Positions 38,233 to 47,441 of a stretch of 64,000 bases of DNA are shown here, in pieces (position 1 is the stretch's first letter; each line of letters starts with the position of its first letter). The translations under genes and the position numbers were made by a program. The DNA comes from an uncultured Pelagibacteraceae bacterium (GTDB taxonomy: Bacteria; Pseudomonadota; Alphaproteobacteria; Pelagibacterales; Pelagibacteraceae), in assembly GCA_902589505.1 (NCBI GenBank), contig CACITE010000002.1:35740-99739 (forward strand), written 5' to 3'. The notes under the pieces are model-generated. The model did not search any database. It was given only the letters and a program-made list of their open reading frames with translations, and had not been told where the DNA came from.

Positions 38233-39297
38233 ATGAGTAGTAAGAAAAGAAATTTAATCGAAAGATTAAATTCAGGACCGGTGATTTGTGCAGAGGGTTT
38301 CCTTTTTGAAATAGAAAAAAGAGGATACATGAGTTCAGGAGAGTTTGTTCCCATGGTTTCTTTGGAGCATCCTGAAGCTTTAGAAAATCTTCATAGGGAT
38401 TTTCAACATGCGGGTTCCGATGTAGTTCAAGCATTTACTTATAATGGTCATCGTGAAAAAATGAAAGTTATTGGTAAAGAAGAACTATTAGAACCTCTTA
38501 ATAGAGCTGCTCTGAAAATTGCAAAAAAAATTGCAGACAATCCAATTGGGAAAGAGCCTAATTTAATGGCTGGAAATATTTCAAATTCAAATATTTGGAA
38601 TGATAAAGACCCCAAAACACATAAAGAAGTTGAAAAAATGTTTTCAGAAATGGTTGGCTGGGCTGTAGACGAAGGAGCAGATATGTTGATCGGCGAAACT
38701 TTTTACTATGCTGAAGAAGCATATACTGCCTTAAAGGTTATGAAACAAACTAATCTTCCAAGTGTTATTACAATAGCACCCATGGGGGAGAATATTATGA
38801 GAGACGGTTTTTCTATAGTTGATACTTGCAAAGAACTAGAACAACGAGGTGGTGATGTAGTAGGAATGAATTGTTTTAGAGGACCAAATACGATGATGCC
38901 TTATTTAAAAGAGATTAGAAAGGTTTTAAAATGTCATGTGGCTGCTTTGCCAGTAACTTATAGAACAACAGAAAAGCATCCCACTTTTTTTAATTTACCG
39001 GATAATAATGGTTGCGAATGTCATACTCCTCATAAGACACCATTTCCTACAGCATTAGATCCTATGCAATGCAATAGATATGAAATTGGAAAATTTGCAA
39101 AGGAATCTTTTGATCTAGGTATTAAATATCTAGGTGTATGTTGCGGAGCAAACCCCATGTTGATTAGAGAAGTAGCCGAGGCCGTTGGATTAAAAGTGCC
39201 AGCAAGCAAATATCATGAAGATATGTCGACGCATATGCTATTTGGAACAGATAAAAGAATTCCAAAACATCAAAAGGACTATCAAGATAAAGCTTGA
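38233..39297 (+). CDS. bhmt: betaine-homocysteine S-methyltransferase (homocysteine S-methyltransferase domain)
   Basis: GPVICAEGFLFE N-terminus, GADML.GETF, and GVCCG Zn-site motif near the C-terminus. Confidence 0.85.
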   Translation: MSSKKRNLIERLNSGPVICAEGFLFEIEKRGYMSSGEFVPMVSLEHPEALENLHRDFQHAGSDVVQAFTYNGHREKMKVIGKEELLEPLNRAALKIAKKIADNPIGKEPNLMAGNISNSNIWNDKDPKTHKEVEKMFSEMVGWAVDEGADMLIGETFYYAEEAYTALKVMKQTNLPSVITIAPMGENIMRDGFSIVDTCKELEQRGGDVVGMNCFRGPNTMMPYLKEIRKVLKCHVAALPVTYRTTEKHPTFFNLPDNNGCECHTPHKTPFPTALDPMQCNRYEIGKFAKESFDLGIKYLGVCCGANPMLIREVAEAVGLKVPASKYHEDMSTHMLFGTDKRIPKHQKDYQDKA

Positions 39298-39333
39298 ATA
39301 TGCTATAGTTTGTTGACAATCCATCAATAAATT

Positions 39334-39675
39334 ATGGTTAAACAATTGGAATGCAAAGATATTAAGGAGTATCTGAAAACAGATACAAAGAAGGTGCTAC
39401 TTGATGTTAGAACTCAGGAAGAATGGGATCAGTTTGGAAAACCTGATGGTGAAAAATTAGGATTAAAAACTTATTTTCTAACAATACAAGATGAAAATTT
39501 TCTTAATGATTTTAAAAAATTATTAATTAATCAAGATTGTGAAATTTTATCCATATGTAAATCTGGTCAACGATCACAATTTGTTGCTGAATTACTCGAA
39601 AAAGAAAATTACAAAAGTATAAATATTTCTGATGGATTTGATAATTGGGTAAGTTCTGATCTGCCTTCGTTATAA
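39334..39675 (+). CDS. rhodanese-domain protein
   Basis: LLDVRT.EEW and the active-site loop CKSGQRS. Confidence 0.8.
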   Translation: MVKQLECKDIKEYLKTDTKKVLLDVRTQEEWDQFGKPDGEKLGLKTYFLTIQDENFLNDFKKLLINQDCEILSICKSGQRSQFVAELLEKENYKSINISDGFDNWVSSDLPSL

Positions 39676-39688
39676 CAAATTAAATAAT

Positions 39689-40243
39689 TTAGTTTGAATA
39701 AGGAGTTCTACTAAATATCTTTTTAACATAGGGTTCGAAATCTTTTAGAGTAAGAGATTTAAAATTTGGATCAAAAGATTTTTGATCCCAATTTTCACAA
39801 AAGTTTACAGTATCTTGGTAGTATTTTTGGCCTTTGTATTTATCTCTTTGGTTTTTATTTCCATTTAAATGGTGAGCGTAATAATACATTTGAAATTCAC
39901 CGTGTTTTTCTATTATCCAATGAGTTTTTTCGCTTACGTAAGGTTTAAGAACAGCTGCAGCATACTCTGAATGATTTAGCGGTGCCAGCTCGTCACCAAT
40001 ATCATGTAATAGTGCAGCGACAACCATTTCGTCATCAGCTTTATCATTTAGAGCTCTAGTCGCTGTTTGTAAGGAATGTTCCAATCTTGTTATTTGATAT
40101 CCTTCTAAAGTATTACTTAAGCCAGCCAAAAAATTAATTAGTCTATCTGCGGTGCCTTCTATATATTTTTTTTCGTGCTTTTCCAGAAGAAGGTATTCTT
40201 CTTTTGTACCATCTTTCATTTGTTTGAATTTTACTTTTTCCAT
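39689..40243 (-). CDS. HD-domain protein of the PhnZ/TmpB (COG4341-like) oxygenase type
   Basis: RLEHSLQTA and VVAALLHDIGD, plus further His/Asp (NH, EKHGEF, WDQ) spaced like diiron ligands. The ATG lies 13 nt inside the end of the upstream BBOX-like gene. Confidence 0.7.
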   Translation of the reverse strand: MEKVKFKQMKDGTKEEYLLLEKHEKKYIEGTADRLINFLAGLSNTLEGYQITRLEHSLQTATRALNDKADDEMVVAALLHDIGDELAPLNHSEYAAAVLKPYVSEKTHWIIEKHGEFQMYYYAHHLNGNKNQRDKYKGQKYYQDTVNFCENWDQKSFDPNFKSLTLKDFEPYVKKIFSRTPYSN

Positions 40244-41337
40244 TTTAAGTTAAATTTTCTTTCCAAAAATCTTAGTTTTCCTTCTGTAGAATCATGGTCA
40301 ATATAACAACCTTTTAGAAATCGCTTTCCTTCTTTCGGATCAAAAGAAGTTCTACCATGTAGAGTTCGATAATTATCAAACATCATTATATCGCCTGTTT
40401 CCAATTTAAATTTTAATTCAAATTTTTTTGAAGCACATAATTTTGAAAATAATCTTCTTGCATGATAAAACTTTTCTAATTTTTTCTTTTCTAAGATCGG
40501 CACATAATCTAATCTATGGCTATGTCTTATGTGTTCTGCCAGTCCATTTTCATTCAACTCAATTATTTTTCCCCAGTTTTCAAGAATTACATCTTTGTCG
40601 ACAAATCTATATCTAACTTTTGTAGAGGTAAGTATATCGAATAAATCTTTATGGTTTTTTTTTAAATATTCAGCTACTGCAAATCCATCCACAACTGTTG
40701 AAAAACCACCTTTAACCTCATTATAAATACAATGTAGTAATTGAATGCAAGGAATGGGTTTTCTGTAAGGATTATCAGTGTGTGGCGAAATATGATAGTT
40801 AGTATAGGCAAGATCATTATAATTTTTTTCAGATCTAACATTGAATGTGGTGCCAAAATTTGTTGGTCTAACAGTACCGATTGAATTTGCAAATTTTACA
40901 AGAAAATTTTCATCAGCAGGAGTATTTTTAATAAGAACGAAACCATATTTATAGAAATTCTGCAATAAATCATACATACTTATAGTATCAAACATGTTTT
41001 CTCTATAGGATGCTATCGGCTTATGCTTTAGCTTTGAATTCCATAATATAGGTTTTTCATAAGGTAAACTTTTATTTAACTCATAAAACAATTCTTTAAT
41101 TTCATAATCAAATTTGATTCCGTCATTAAAATTTATGTTTAAGCTCCCATTAGAAATTGAAGCTTTTTTTATTTTCAAATTAGCATTCAATTCAGAGGGG
41201 TCATACAATCTCTGATCAGTATTTTTATCATGCAAATTATCCAATCTGGCCCTTTCTCTTAGCCAAAGTGGATGTATTTCCAATTTTTTTCTTGATAATT
41301 TTAAAAATACTTTATTTTTTGCAATTTGAATTCTCAC
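40231..41337 (-). CDS. Fe(II)/2-oxoglutarate dioxygenase, gamma-butyrobetaine-hydroxylase-like (DUF971 + TauD/TfdA fold)
   Basis: N-terminal DUF971-like segment (HPLWLRE), then the H.D facial-triad region (SPHTDNPY) and C-terminal LHGR. Confidence 0.8.
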   Translation of the reverse strand: MRIQIAKNKVFLKLSRKKLEIHPLWLRERARLDNLHDKNTDQRLYDPSELNANLKIKKASISNGSLNINFNDGIKFDYEIKELFYELNKSLPYEKPILWNSKLKHKPIASYRENMFDTISMYDLLQNFYKYGFVLIKNTPADENFLVKFANSIGTVRPTNFGTTFNVRSEKNYNDLAYTNYHISPHTDNPYRKPIPCIQLLHCIYNEVKGGFSTVVDGFAVAEYLKKNHKDLFDILTSTKVRYRFVDKDVILENWGKIIELNENGLAEHIRHSHRLDYVPILEKKKLEKFYHARRLFSKLCASKKFELKFKLETGDIMMFDNYRTLHGRTSFDPKEGKRFLKGCYIDHDSTEGKLRFLERKFNLKWKK

Positions 41338-41415
41338 ACAATTATTTTATATATTTTTATTGTTATCCTCAACAATAAGATATACCCAATCTTTACAGAT
41401 TGATTTGAATCAAGC

Positions 41416-42282
41416 ATGAAAATACAAGATATATTTATTGCGTTATTGGTGCCTATAATTCTAGGATTTGGCTTTGTCATAGCAAAACCTGCTATGCAAT
41501 ATTTTCCGACTTATTTATTAATGGGTATGCGTTTTACTATACCGGCTTTAATTTTGGTGTGGTGGTTTCCTTTACCAAAAGGATTATATTTTGATTTATT
41601 TAAAGTTTCGCTAATTGGAAGCACTTTACAGTATGGATTAACTTATACGGGTTTAAATATTATTGATGCATCTTCAGCTATTCTTCTTGTGCAGTTAGAA
41701 GTTCCTTTTGGAATTATAATTGCATTTTTTTTATTAAAAGAAATTCCAACTATAAAAAATACAATTGGTCTAATTATTGCTTTTTTTGGAGTTTTTATAT
41801 TAACAGGAGCACCCAACTTAGAAGGTAAATATATAGGGGTTGTTTTAACTTTAGCTGGAGCATTTACTTGGGCGCTTGGAGCAGTTATGGCAAAACCCCT
41901 CAGTAAAAAAATTGGGGCACTTGCATTAATGACGTGGCTATGTGTATTTTCTGGACCAATGCTAATAATGGTATCAATGATTTTTGACGGAAGTCCAATC
42001 CCATATTTTTTATCAGCAAATCTTAATAGCTGGTTAACAGTTATGTTTCTTGGATTTATTATGCAACCAATTGGTTACGCTGCTTGGTATTATGTTTTAA
42101 AAAAATATCCAGTAAATAAAGTAATGCCCGTTTTACTTGTGCTTCCAGTAACAGGATTACTAACATCTATTTTTTTGCTAGGGGAGGATCCTCCCAAGCA
42201 AGTTTTTCTTGGTGGACTAGTTATAATTTCTGGCGTGGGCATGATATTATTCACAAGATCAAATAAAAAAAAAAAGAGATAA
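41416..42282 (+). CDS. DMT/EamA-family transporter
   Basis: Ten hydrophobic helices in a two-EamA-half organisation. Confidence 0.8.
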   Translation: MKIQDIFIALLVPIILGFGFVIAKPAMQYFPTYLLMGMRFTIPALILVWWFPLPKGLYFDLFKVSLIGSTLQYGLTYTGLNIIDASSAILLVQLEVPFGIIIAFFLLKEIPTIKNTIGLIIAFFGVFILTGAPNLEGKYIGVVLTLAGAFTWALGAVMAKPLSKKIGALALMTWLCVFSGPMLIMVSMIFDGSPIPYFLSANLNSWLTVMFLGFIMQPIGYAAWYYVLKKYPVNKVMPVLLVLPVTGLLTSIFLLGEDPPKQVFLGGLVIISGVGMILFTRSNKKKKR

Positions 42283-42283
42283 A

Positions 42284-43225
42284 ATGAAAGTAGGCTTTAT
42301 AGGGTTGGGTAATGTAGGGGGAAAGCTAGCTGGAAGTCTACTACGAAATAAATTTGATATAATTGTAAGAGACTTAGATAGCAAATTAACAAAAAATTTT
42401 TCTGATCAGGGTGCGCAAGTCTCAAATAACCCAAAAGATTTAGCAGAAAAATCTGATCTTATTATAACCTGCTTACCATCACCCAAAGTTTGTTCTAAAG
42501 TTATGGAAGCTGATGACGGCGTTATTAAAGGATTAACAAAAAATAAAATTTGGCTGGAAATGAGTACAACGGATGATAAAGAGGTAAAGAGATTAGGTGA
42601 GCTAGTAAAATCAAGAGGAGCTATACCATTAGATGCTCCTGTTAGCGGAGGTTGTCATAGAGCCGCAACAGGAAATATTGCTATATTTGTTGGTGGAGAA
42701 AGGAAAGCTTTTGAAAAAATATTACCAGTATTAACTACTATGGGTCGACAAATTTTACATACAGGAGAACTTGGATCAGCATCAATTTTAAAAGTTATTA
42801 CCAATTTTTTAGCATCAACTCATTTGGTGGCTTTAGGAGAAGCTTGGTCAGTGGCCAAAAAATCAAATTTAGATATGAAAAAAACATTTAAAGGTATTCA
42901 AGTTTCATCTGGCAATTCATTTGTTCATGAAACAGAAAGCCAAGTAATCTTAAATGGTTCATATAATATTAATTTTACTATGGATTTAGTAGAAAAGGAT
43001 ATGACTTTGTTTAATAATTTGTCAAAAAAACTAAATATACCACTAGAAATTTCACCTTTAGTTTTGAATATTTTTAAAGATGCTCATAAAAAATATGGAT
43101 CAAGAGCATGGTCGTCAATGGTTGTTAAAAGACTAGAAGATATTTGCAAAATAAACTTTAGAGCTAATGGTTATCCTGAGGAATTAGTTGATAATGAAAA
43201 AGAAGAAAAAGGTTATGAAATATAA
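42284..43225 (+). CDS. NAD(P)-dependent dehydrogenase, 3-hydroxyisobutyrate/6-phosphogluconate dehydrogenase family
   Basis: KVGFIGLGNVGG Rossmann motif and the DAPVSGG motif. Confidence 0.85.
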   Translation: MKVGFIGLGNVGGKLAGSLLRNKFDIIVRDLDSKLTKNFSDQGAQVSNNPKDLAEKSDLIITCLPSPKVCSKVMEADDGVIKGLTKNKIWLEMSTTDDKEVKRLGELVKSRGAIPLDAPVSGGCHRAATGNIAIFVGGERKAFEKILPVLTTMGRQILHTGELGSASILKVITNFLASTHLVALGEAWSVAKKSNLDMKKTFKGIQVSSGNSFVHETESQVILNGSYNINFTMDLVEKDMTLFNNLSKKLNIPLEISPLVLNIFKDAHKKYGSRAWSSMVVKRLEDICKINFRANGYPEELVDNEKEEKGYEI

Positions 43226-43249
43226 TTTATATGATAATAGTAATTCAAA

Positions 43250-44680
43250 ATGTTAGATAAAAGAAATTTTTACATAAACGGGAAATGGGTAAAACCTTCA
43301 AAGTCAAATGACCTTGAAGTTATAAATCCATCAAATGAAGAACCTTTTGCTATTATTTCTTTAGGATCTAAAGAAGATACAAATTCTGCTGTAAATGCAG
43401 CAAAACAAGCTTTTGATAAATGGAAAGAAACTTCAAAAGACGAAAGAATAAAGCTTTTAGAAAAATTACTAACAATTTATAAAAAAAAATCTAAAGAAAT
43501 GTCAGAGGCAATCTCCATGGAAATGGGTTCGCCTATAGATTACTCAATTTCAACACATACTGTTTCTGGTCAATCACATTTAGAAGATTTTATATTAAGA
43601 TTGAAAGAATTTAATTTTGAAGAACATTTTGACACAAAATCAAGTAATTACATAAGACATGAACCAATCGGCGTGTGTGGTTTAATTACTCCGTGGAATT
43701 GGCCAATTAACCAAATAGCTTTAAAAGTAGTTCCAGCTTTTGCAGCTGGGTGTACGATGGTACTTAAACCTTCTGAGATAGCACCTATATCAGGAATGTT
43801 ATTCGCTGAAATGATAGATGAAACTGGATTTCCACCAGGAGTATTTAATTTAATAAATGGTGATGGAGCAGGAGTCGGAACAAATATATCTGGTCATCCT
43901 GATATCGATATGATTTCTTTTACAGGATCAACAAGAGCAGGAAAACTAATTTCAAAAAATGCAGCTGATACAATTAAAAGAGTTTGTTTAGAATTGGGAG
44001 GCAAAGGTGGAAATATTGTTTTTGCAGATTCTTATCCCAATGCAGTTAGAGACGGAATTAGAAATGTAATGAGTAATTCTGGGCAATCATGCGACGCCCC
44101 AACAAGAATGCTCGTGGAAAAATCTATTTATGAAAAAGCAATTAAAGAAGCAGCGGATGAAGCAAGTAAAATTAAAGTAGATGTTGCGTCAAAAACAGGA
44201 GATCATATAGGGCCAGTAGTTTCAAAAGTTCAATATGATAAAATTATTAACTTAATTAAAAGCGGAATAGATGAAGGCGCTACATTAGCTACCGGAGGTC
44301 CTGAGCTTCCAAATAATTTAAATAAAGGTTATTTTATAAAACCAACAATCTTCACAAATGTTACAAACGATATGGAAATAGCAAAAAAAGAAATTTTTGG
44401 GCCGGTCCTTTCAATAATCCCATTTGAAACAGAAGAAGAAGCAATTAAAATTACTAATGATACTGAATATGGTCTTGGTAACTATTTACAAACTGAAGAT
44501 AGTGAAAAAGCAAAAAGAGTTGCAAAAAAATTAAGGTCAGGAATCGTTTATATAAATGGAAAAGCTGCAGATTCAGGAACACCTTTCGGAGGCTACAGAC
44601 AATCTGGAAATGGTCGTGAAGGCGGCACCTGGGGATTAGAAGAATATCTAGAGGTAAAAACTATTACTGGCTGGAAGTAA
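43250..44680 (+). CDS. NAD-dependent aldehyde dehydrogenase
   Basis: PWNWP, LELGGK and the catalytic-Cys region NSGQSCDAPTR. Confidence 0.9.
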   Translation: MLDKRNFYINGKWVKPSKSNDLEVINPSNEEPFAIISLGSKEDTNSAVNAAKQAFDKWKETSKDERIKLLEKLLTIYKKKSKEMSEAISMEMGSPIDYSISTHTVSGQSHLEDFILRLKEFNFEEHFDTKSSNYIRHEPIGVCGLITPWNWPINQIALKVVPAFAAGCTMVLKPSEIAPISGMLFAEMIDETGFPPGVFNLINGDGAGVGTNISGHPDIDMISFTGSTRAGKLISKNAADTIKRVCLELGGKGGNIVFADSYPNAVRDGIRNVMSNSGQSCDAPTRMLVEKSIYEKAIKEAADEASKIKVDVASKTGDHIGPVVSKVQYDKIINLIKSGIDEGATLATGGPELPNNLNKGYFIKPTIFTNVTNDMEIAKKEIFGPVLSIIPFETEEEAIKITNDTEYGLGNYLQTEDSEKAKRVAKKLRSGIVYINGKAADSGTPFGGYRQSGNGREGGTWGLEEYLEVKTITGWK

Positions 44681-44681
44681 A

Positions 44682-45479
44682 ATGGAAAAAAAAGATAAAT
44701 TAAATTATTATAAATTTTTAAATTCACTACCTAAAAAAATTAATAAATTATACTTTGGAAAATTAAGTGGTAAATTTAAATTAAATAATAAATCAAGTAA
44801 AAAAAATGGTTTTGACCCCGTAACAAATATTGACAGAACTTTAGAATTATTTCTGAGAAAAGAAATAACAAAAAAATTTCCAAAAGATGGAATAACTGGA
44901 GAAGAATTTAAAGCAAAAAAAACAAAAAGTGGATTTTCATGGATTCTTGATCCAATTGACGGAACCAGATCTTTTGTTATAGGAACTCCAACTTGGAGTA
45001 ACTTAGTAAGTATAAATTATAATAGCGAACCAACTTTAGGTTTAGTAAATTTTCCTATGCTAAAAAAATATTATATTACTGGACCTAATAATAGTTCTTA
45101 TCTAGTGGAAAATAATAAATATAAAAAACTTAAAGTAATAAAAGAAAAATCACTAAATAATTCTAAAATTGCAGGGAATTTTTTTGGTTGGCTAAGTCTT
45201 GATGAACAAAAAAAGATTTCGAAGTTAACAAGACTTATGAGATATCCTTGCTCCGATGCTTTGAGCTACTGTCAATTGTGCGAAGGAAAACTAAATGTTG
45301 TACTTCAATGTTACAATAAAATTTGGGACATACACCCAATGATACCTTTAGTTAAAAATGCTGGTGGTTATATAAATACATGGAAGGGAAAAGACCCTAA
45401 AGTTGGAGGAAGTATAGTTGTAAGTTCTAGTAAAGAATTACATAGAAAAATTTTAAAAATGTTAAAGCCTGTTGCATAG
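44682..45479 (+). CDS. inositol-monophosphatase-family phosphatase
   Basis: WILDPIDGTRSF metal-binding motif and WD..P motif (WDIHP). Confidence 0.8.
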   Translation: MEKKDKLNYYKFLNSLPKKINKLYFGKLSGKFKLNNKSSKKNGFDPVTNIDRTLELFLRKEITKKFPKDGITGEEFKAKKTKSGFSWILDPIDGTRSFVIGTPTWSNLVSINYNSEPTLGLVNFPMLKKYYITGPNNSSYLVENNKYKKLKVIKEKSLNNSKIAGNFFGWLSLDEQKKISKLTRLMRYPCSDALSYCQLCEGKLNVVLQCYNKIWDIHPMIPLVKNAGGYINTWKGKDPKVGGSIVVSSSKELHRKILKMLKPVA

Positions 45480-45485
45480 CTTTAG

Positions 45486-46133
45486 ATGACCCATTTAATA
45501 ATTCACAGAGGAATTGTAAACAAACACTATAAAGAGAACCTTCTTAGATCATTTAAACATTCATTTAAAAAGGGGTATGGAATTGAAACTGATATTCATG
45601 CCACAAAAGATTGTGAATTTATTTGTTTTCATGACTTCACTTTAAATAGAGTTTTTAAAAAAAAAATAAGTGTGAAAGATATGAAATATTCTCAAATTAA
45701 AAAAATAAGCTCTCAAAATAAAAAACCAATCCCACTTTTAAAAGATTTGCTTAAAATATCAAAAAAAAAGTATCCATTATTTATTGAAATAAAACCGCTT
45801 TTTACGAAAAAGCTTTTAAAAAAGTTATTGAAGGAATCATCTAAATTTTCAAAGTGTGTATTTATTTCTTTCAAACATCAGAATATTTATAATTTACTAA
45901 AAATAAAAAGTAATACAAAAGTAGGACTATCTTTTTCACCTCCCTCTAGCGTTAAGACGATTATAAAAAAATCAAATAATAGAAAAATTAATTGCTTAAT
46001 CTTAGATAAATTTTTTTTAAAAAATAAAAGTATTCAGGACTTAAAAATTAAAAAATATTATTATACTATTAAAACAAAGTCAGAATTTAATAAGTATAGC
46101 AAAAATAATAACTTAATATTTGAGAATTTATAA
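45486..46133 (+). CDS. glycerophosphodiester phosphodiesterase (GDPD) family protein
   Basis: HRG...EN, IETDIH and FHDFTLNR motifs. Confidence 0.75.
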   Translation: MTHLIIHRGIVNKHYKENLLRSFKHSFKKGYGIETDIHATKDCEFICFHDFTLNRVFKKKISVKDMKYSQIKKISSQNKKPIPLLKDLLKISKKKYPLFIEIKPLFTKKLLKKLLKESSKFSKCVFISFKHQNIYNLLKIKSNTKVGLSFSPPSSVKTIIKKSNNRKINCLILDKFFLKNKSIQDLKIKKYYYTIKTKSEFNKYSKNNNLIFENL

Positions 46134-46135
46134 AA

Positions 46136-47263
46136 TTATTTTTTTAAAAAGTTTAATCTTCCAATAATTTCATCTCTGTCCATATAATAACCTTGAAGGT
46201 GTCTATGGCCTGAATTGGGATCAAATTCAGTTCTTCCGTGTAAAATTCTTCTATTATTAAATGAAAAAATATCTCCAGGCTCTAACCTAAATTTAATTTG
46301 AAATTTGTTATCGTGCAAAAGATTACCAAATCTATGATGAGCTTTGTAAACTTTATCCATAATATCTGGATGACAATCCAAAGTGTCCATTGTTGCTACA
46401 CTGAATCTTATATCATTAAAGTCTCCATCTTTTGTTAAAGAGATCGCAGGTGCATAAAAATTTCTATGTGATTCTTGAGTATAATCTTTGTCTCTAAATT
46501 TAAGAGGTACACTCACTAAGGTTTCAAAAATATCTTTTTCATTATTTCTTAAATAATTAGCAACCGCAAAAGCATCTATAGCTGAAGAATCTCCTCCTTT
46601 GGCATCGTTAATTAAACAATGAAGAAATTGATAGCCTGGAGGGTTTTCAAACCAAGGTAAGTCCATATGATTTCTTAAAGCATGAGAAGAGTAAGCAGAA
46701 TTATTTGGTTTTGGAATATTTATAACTTCAAAAGGTGTTTTAAAAAAAGTTTCTCTTGTATGGCTTATTCTATTTAAAACAGGAAATGCAGATTTTTTTT
46801 CAGTTGGTGCATTTTTTACAATTGCAATTCCTTTTTGATGAAGAAGTTCTAGCCATTTTATTAATCCTTCATTTGAATTCATTATTTCATCATGCTTAAT
46901 GCTTATTAGGGAAAGATTATCCTGGAGAGAACTATTCCATAATTGGTATGGGGAAATATATTTTTGTTTATTTTTAATTGTATAACAATTTTTTCTTAAC
47001 CAGTCTGGATCATAATAACTTATATGATTTCCTTCGCTCCATTCAATTTCTAATTTTCCATCAGTGTTAATTAAAAATTTTTTTGGACTTAAGTTTTCTG
47101 AAACATTAAGAATATTAAACATTCTATGTCTCGAGTCCTTGTCGTGAGCTGTAGGACAATTATCTCTTAGCCACATAAAGTTAAAGTTACTTTTTTCCCC
47201 GTCTCTCCACTCAACATTTAAAGAGGATCCATTTTTTGTAACTTTAGAAATAGCATTTGTCAT
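46136..47263 (-). CDS. Fe(II)/2-oxoglutarate dioxygenase, gamma-butyrobetaine/trimethyllysine-hydroxylase-like (second copy)
   Basis: DUF971-like N-terminus (FMWLRDNCPTAHD), H.D triad region (NHMDLPW) and ILHGRTEF. Confidence 0.8.
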   Translation of the reverse strand: MTNAISKVTKNGSSLNVEWRDGEKSNFNFMWLRDNCPTAHDKDSRHRMFNILNVSENLSPKKFLINTDGKLEIEWSEGNHISYYDPDWLRKNCYTIKNKQKYISPYQLWNSSLQDNLSLISIKHDEIMNSNEGLIKWLELLHQKGIAIVKNAPTEKKSAFPVLNRISHTRETFFKTPFEVINIPKPNNSAYSSHALRNHMDLPWFENPPGYQFLHCLINDAKGGDSSAIDAFAVANYLRNNEKDIFETLVSVPLKFRDKDYTQESHRNFYAPAISLTKDGDFNDIRFSVATMDTLDCHPDIMDKVYKAHHRFGNLLHDNKFQIKFRLEPGDIFSFNNRRILHGRTEFDPNSGHRHLQGYYMDRDEIIGRLNFLKK

Positions 47264-47298
47264 AACTATTATGATTATTTTATTTTAATTATTTTTCA

Positions 47299-47317
47299 AT
47301 TCAATTAATAATTGAAT
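47299..47317. promoter_or_regulatory. perfect 9-1-9 palindrome ATTCAATTA-A-TAATTGAAT (candidate operator)
   Basis: Read directly in the divergent region between the BBOX-like gene and proX. The AT-rich background lowers its significance. Confidence 0.3.
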
Positions 47318-47441
47318 CAAAACTTTTTGTATAAAATAAACCTTATTTTTATTGAGTTAAATGAAAAGATTAAAGGTTGTTTTTTAAGGCATTTCACGTT
47401 GTAATACCTCAGTTTAAACTAATAAAGGGGAGGGAAATTTC

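Noticed and set aside
38129-38434. 101-aa minus-strand ORF
   Set aside because: It overlaps the bhmt start and the riboswitch/terminator region. The sense-strand features explain the sequence better.
41404-41412. 9-mer TTGAATCAA shared with 47312-47320, upstream of both BBOX-like genes
   Set aside because: A single shared 9-mer between two AT-rich intergenic regions is expected fairly often by chance. It is mentioned only as context for the palindrome finding.
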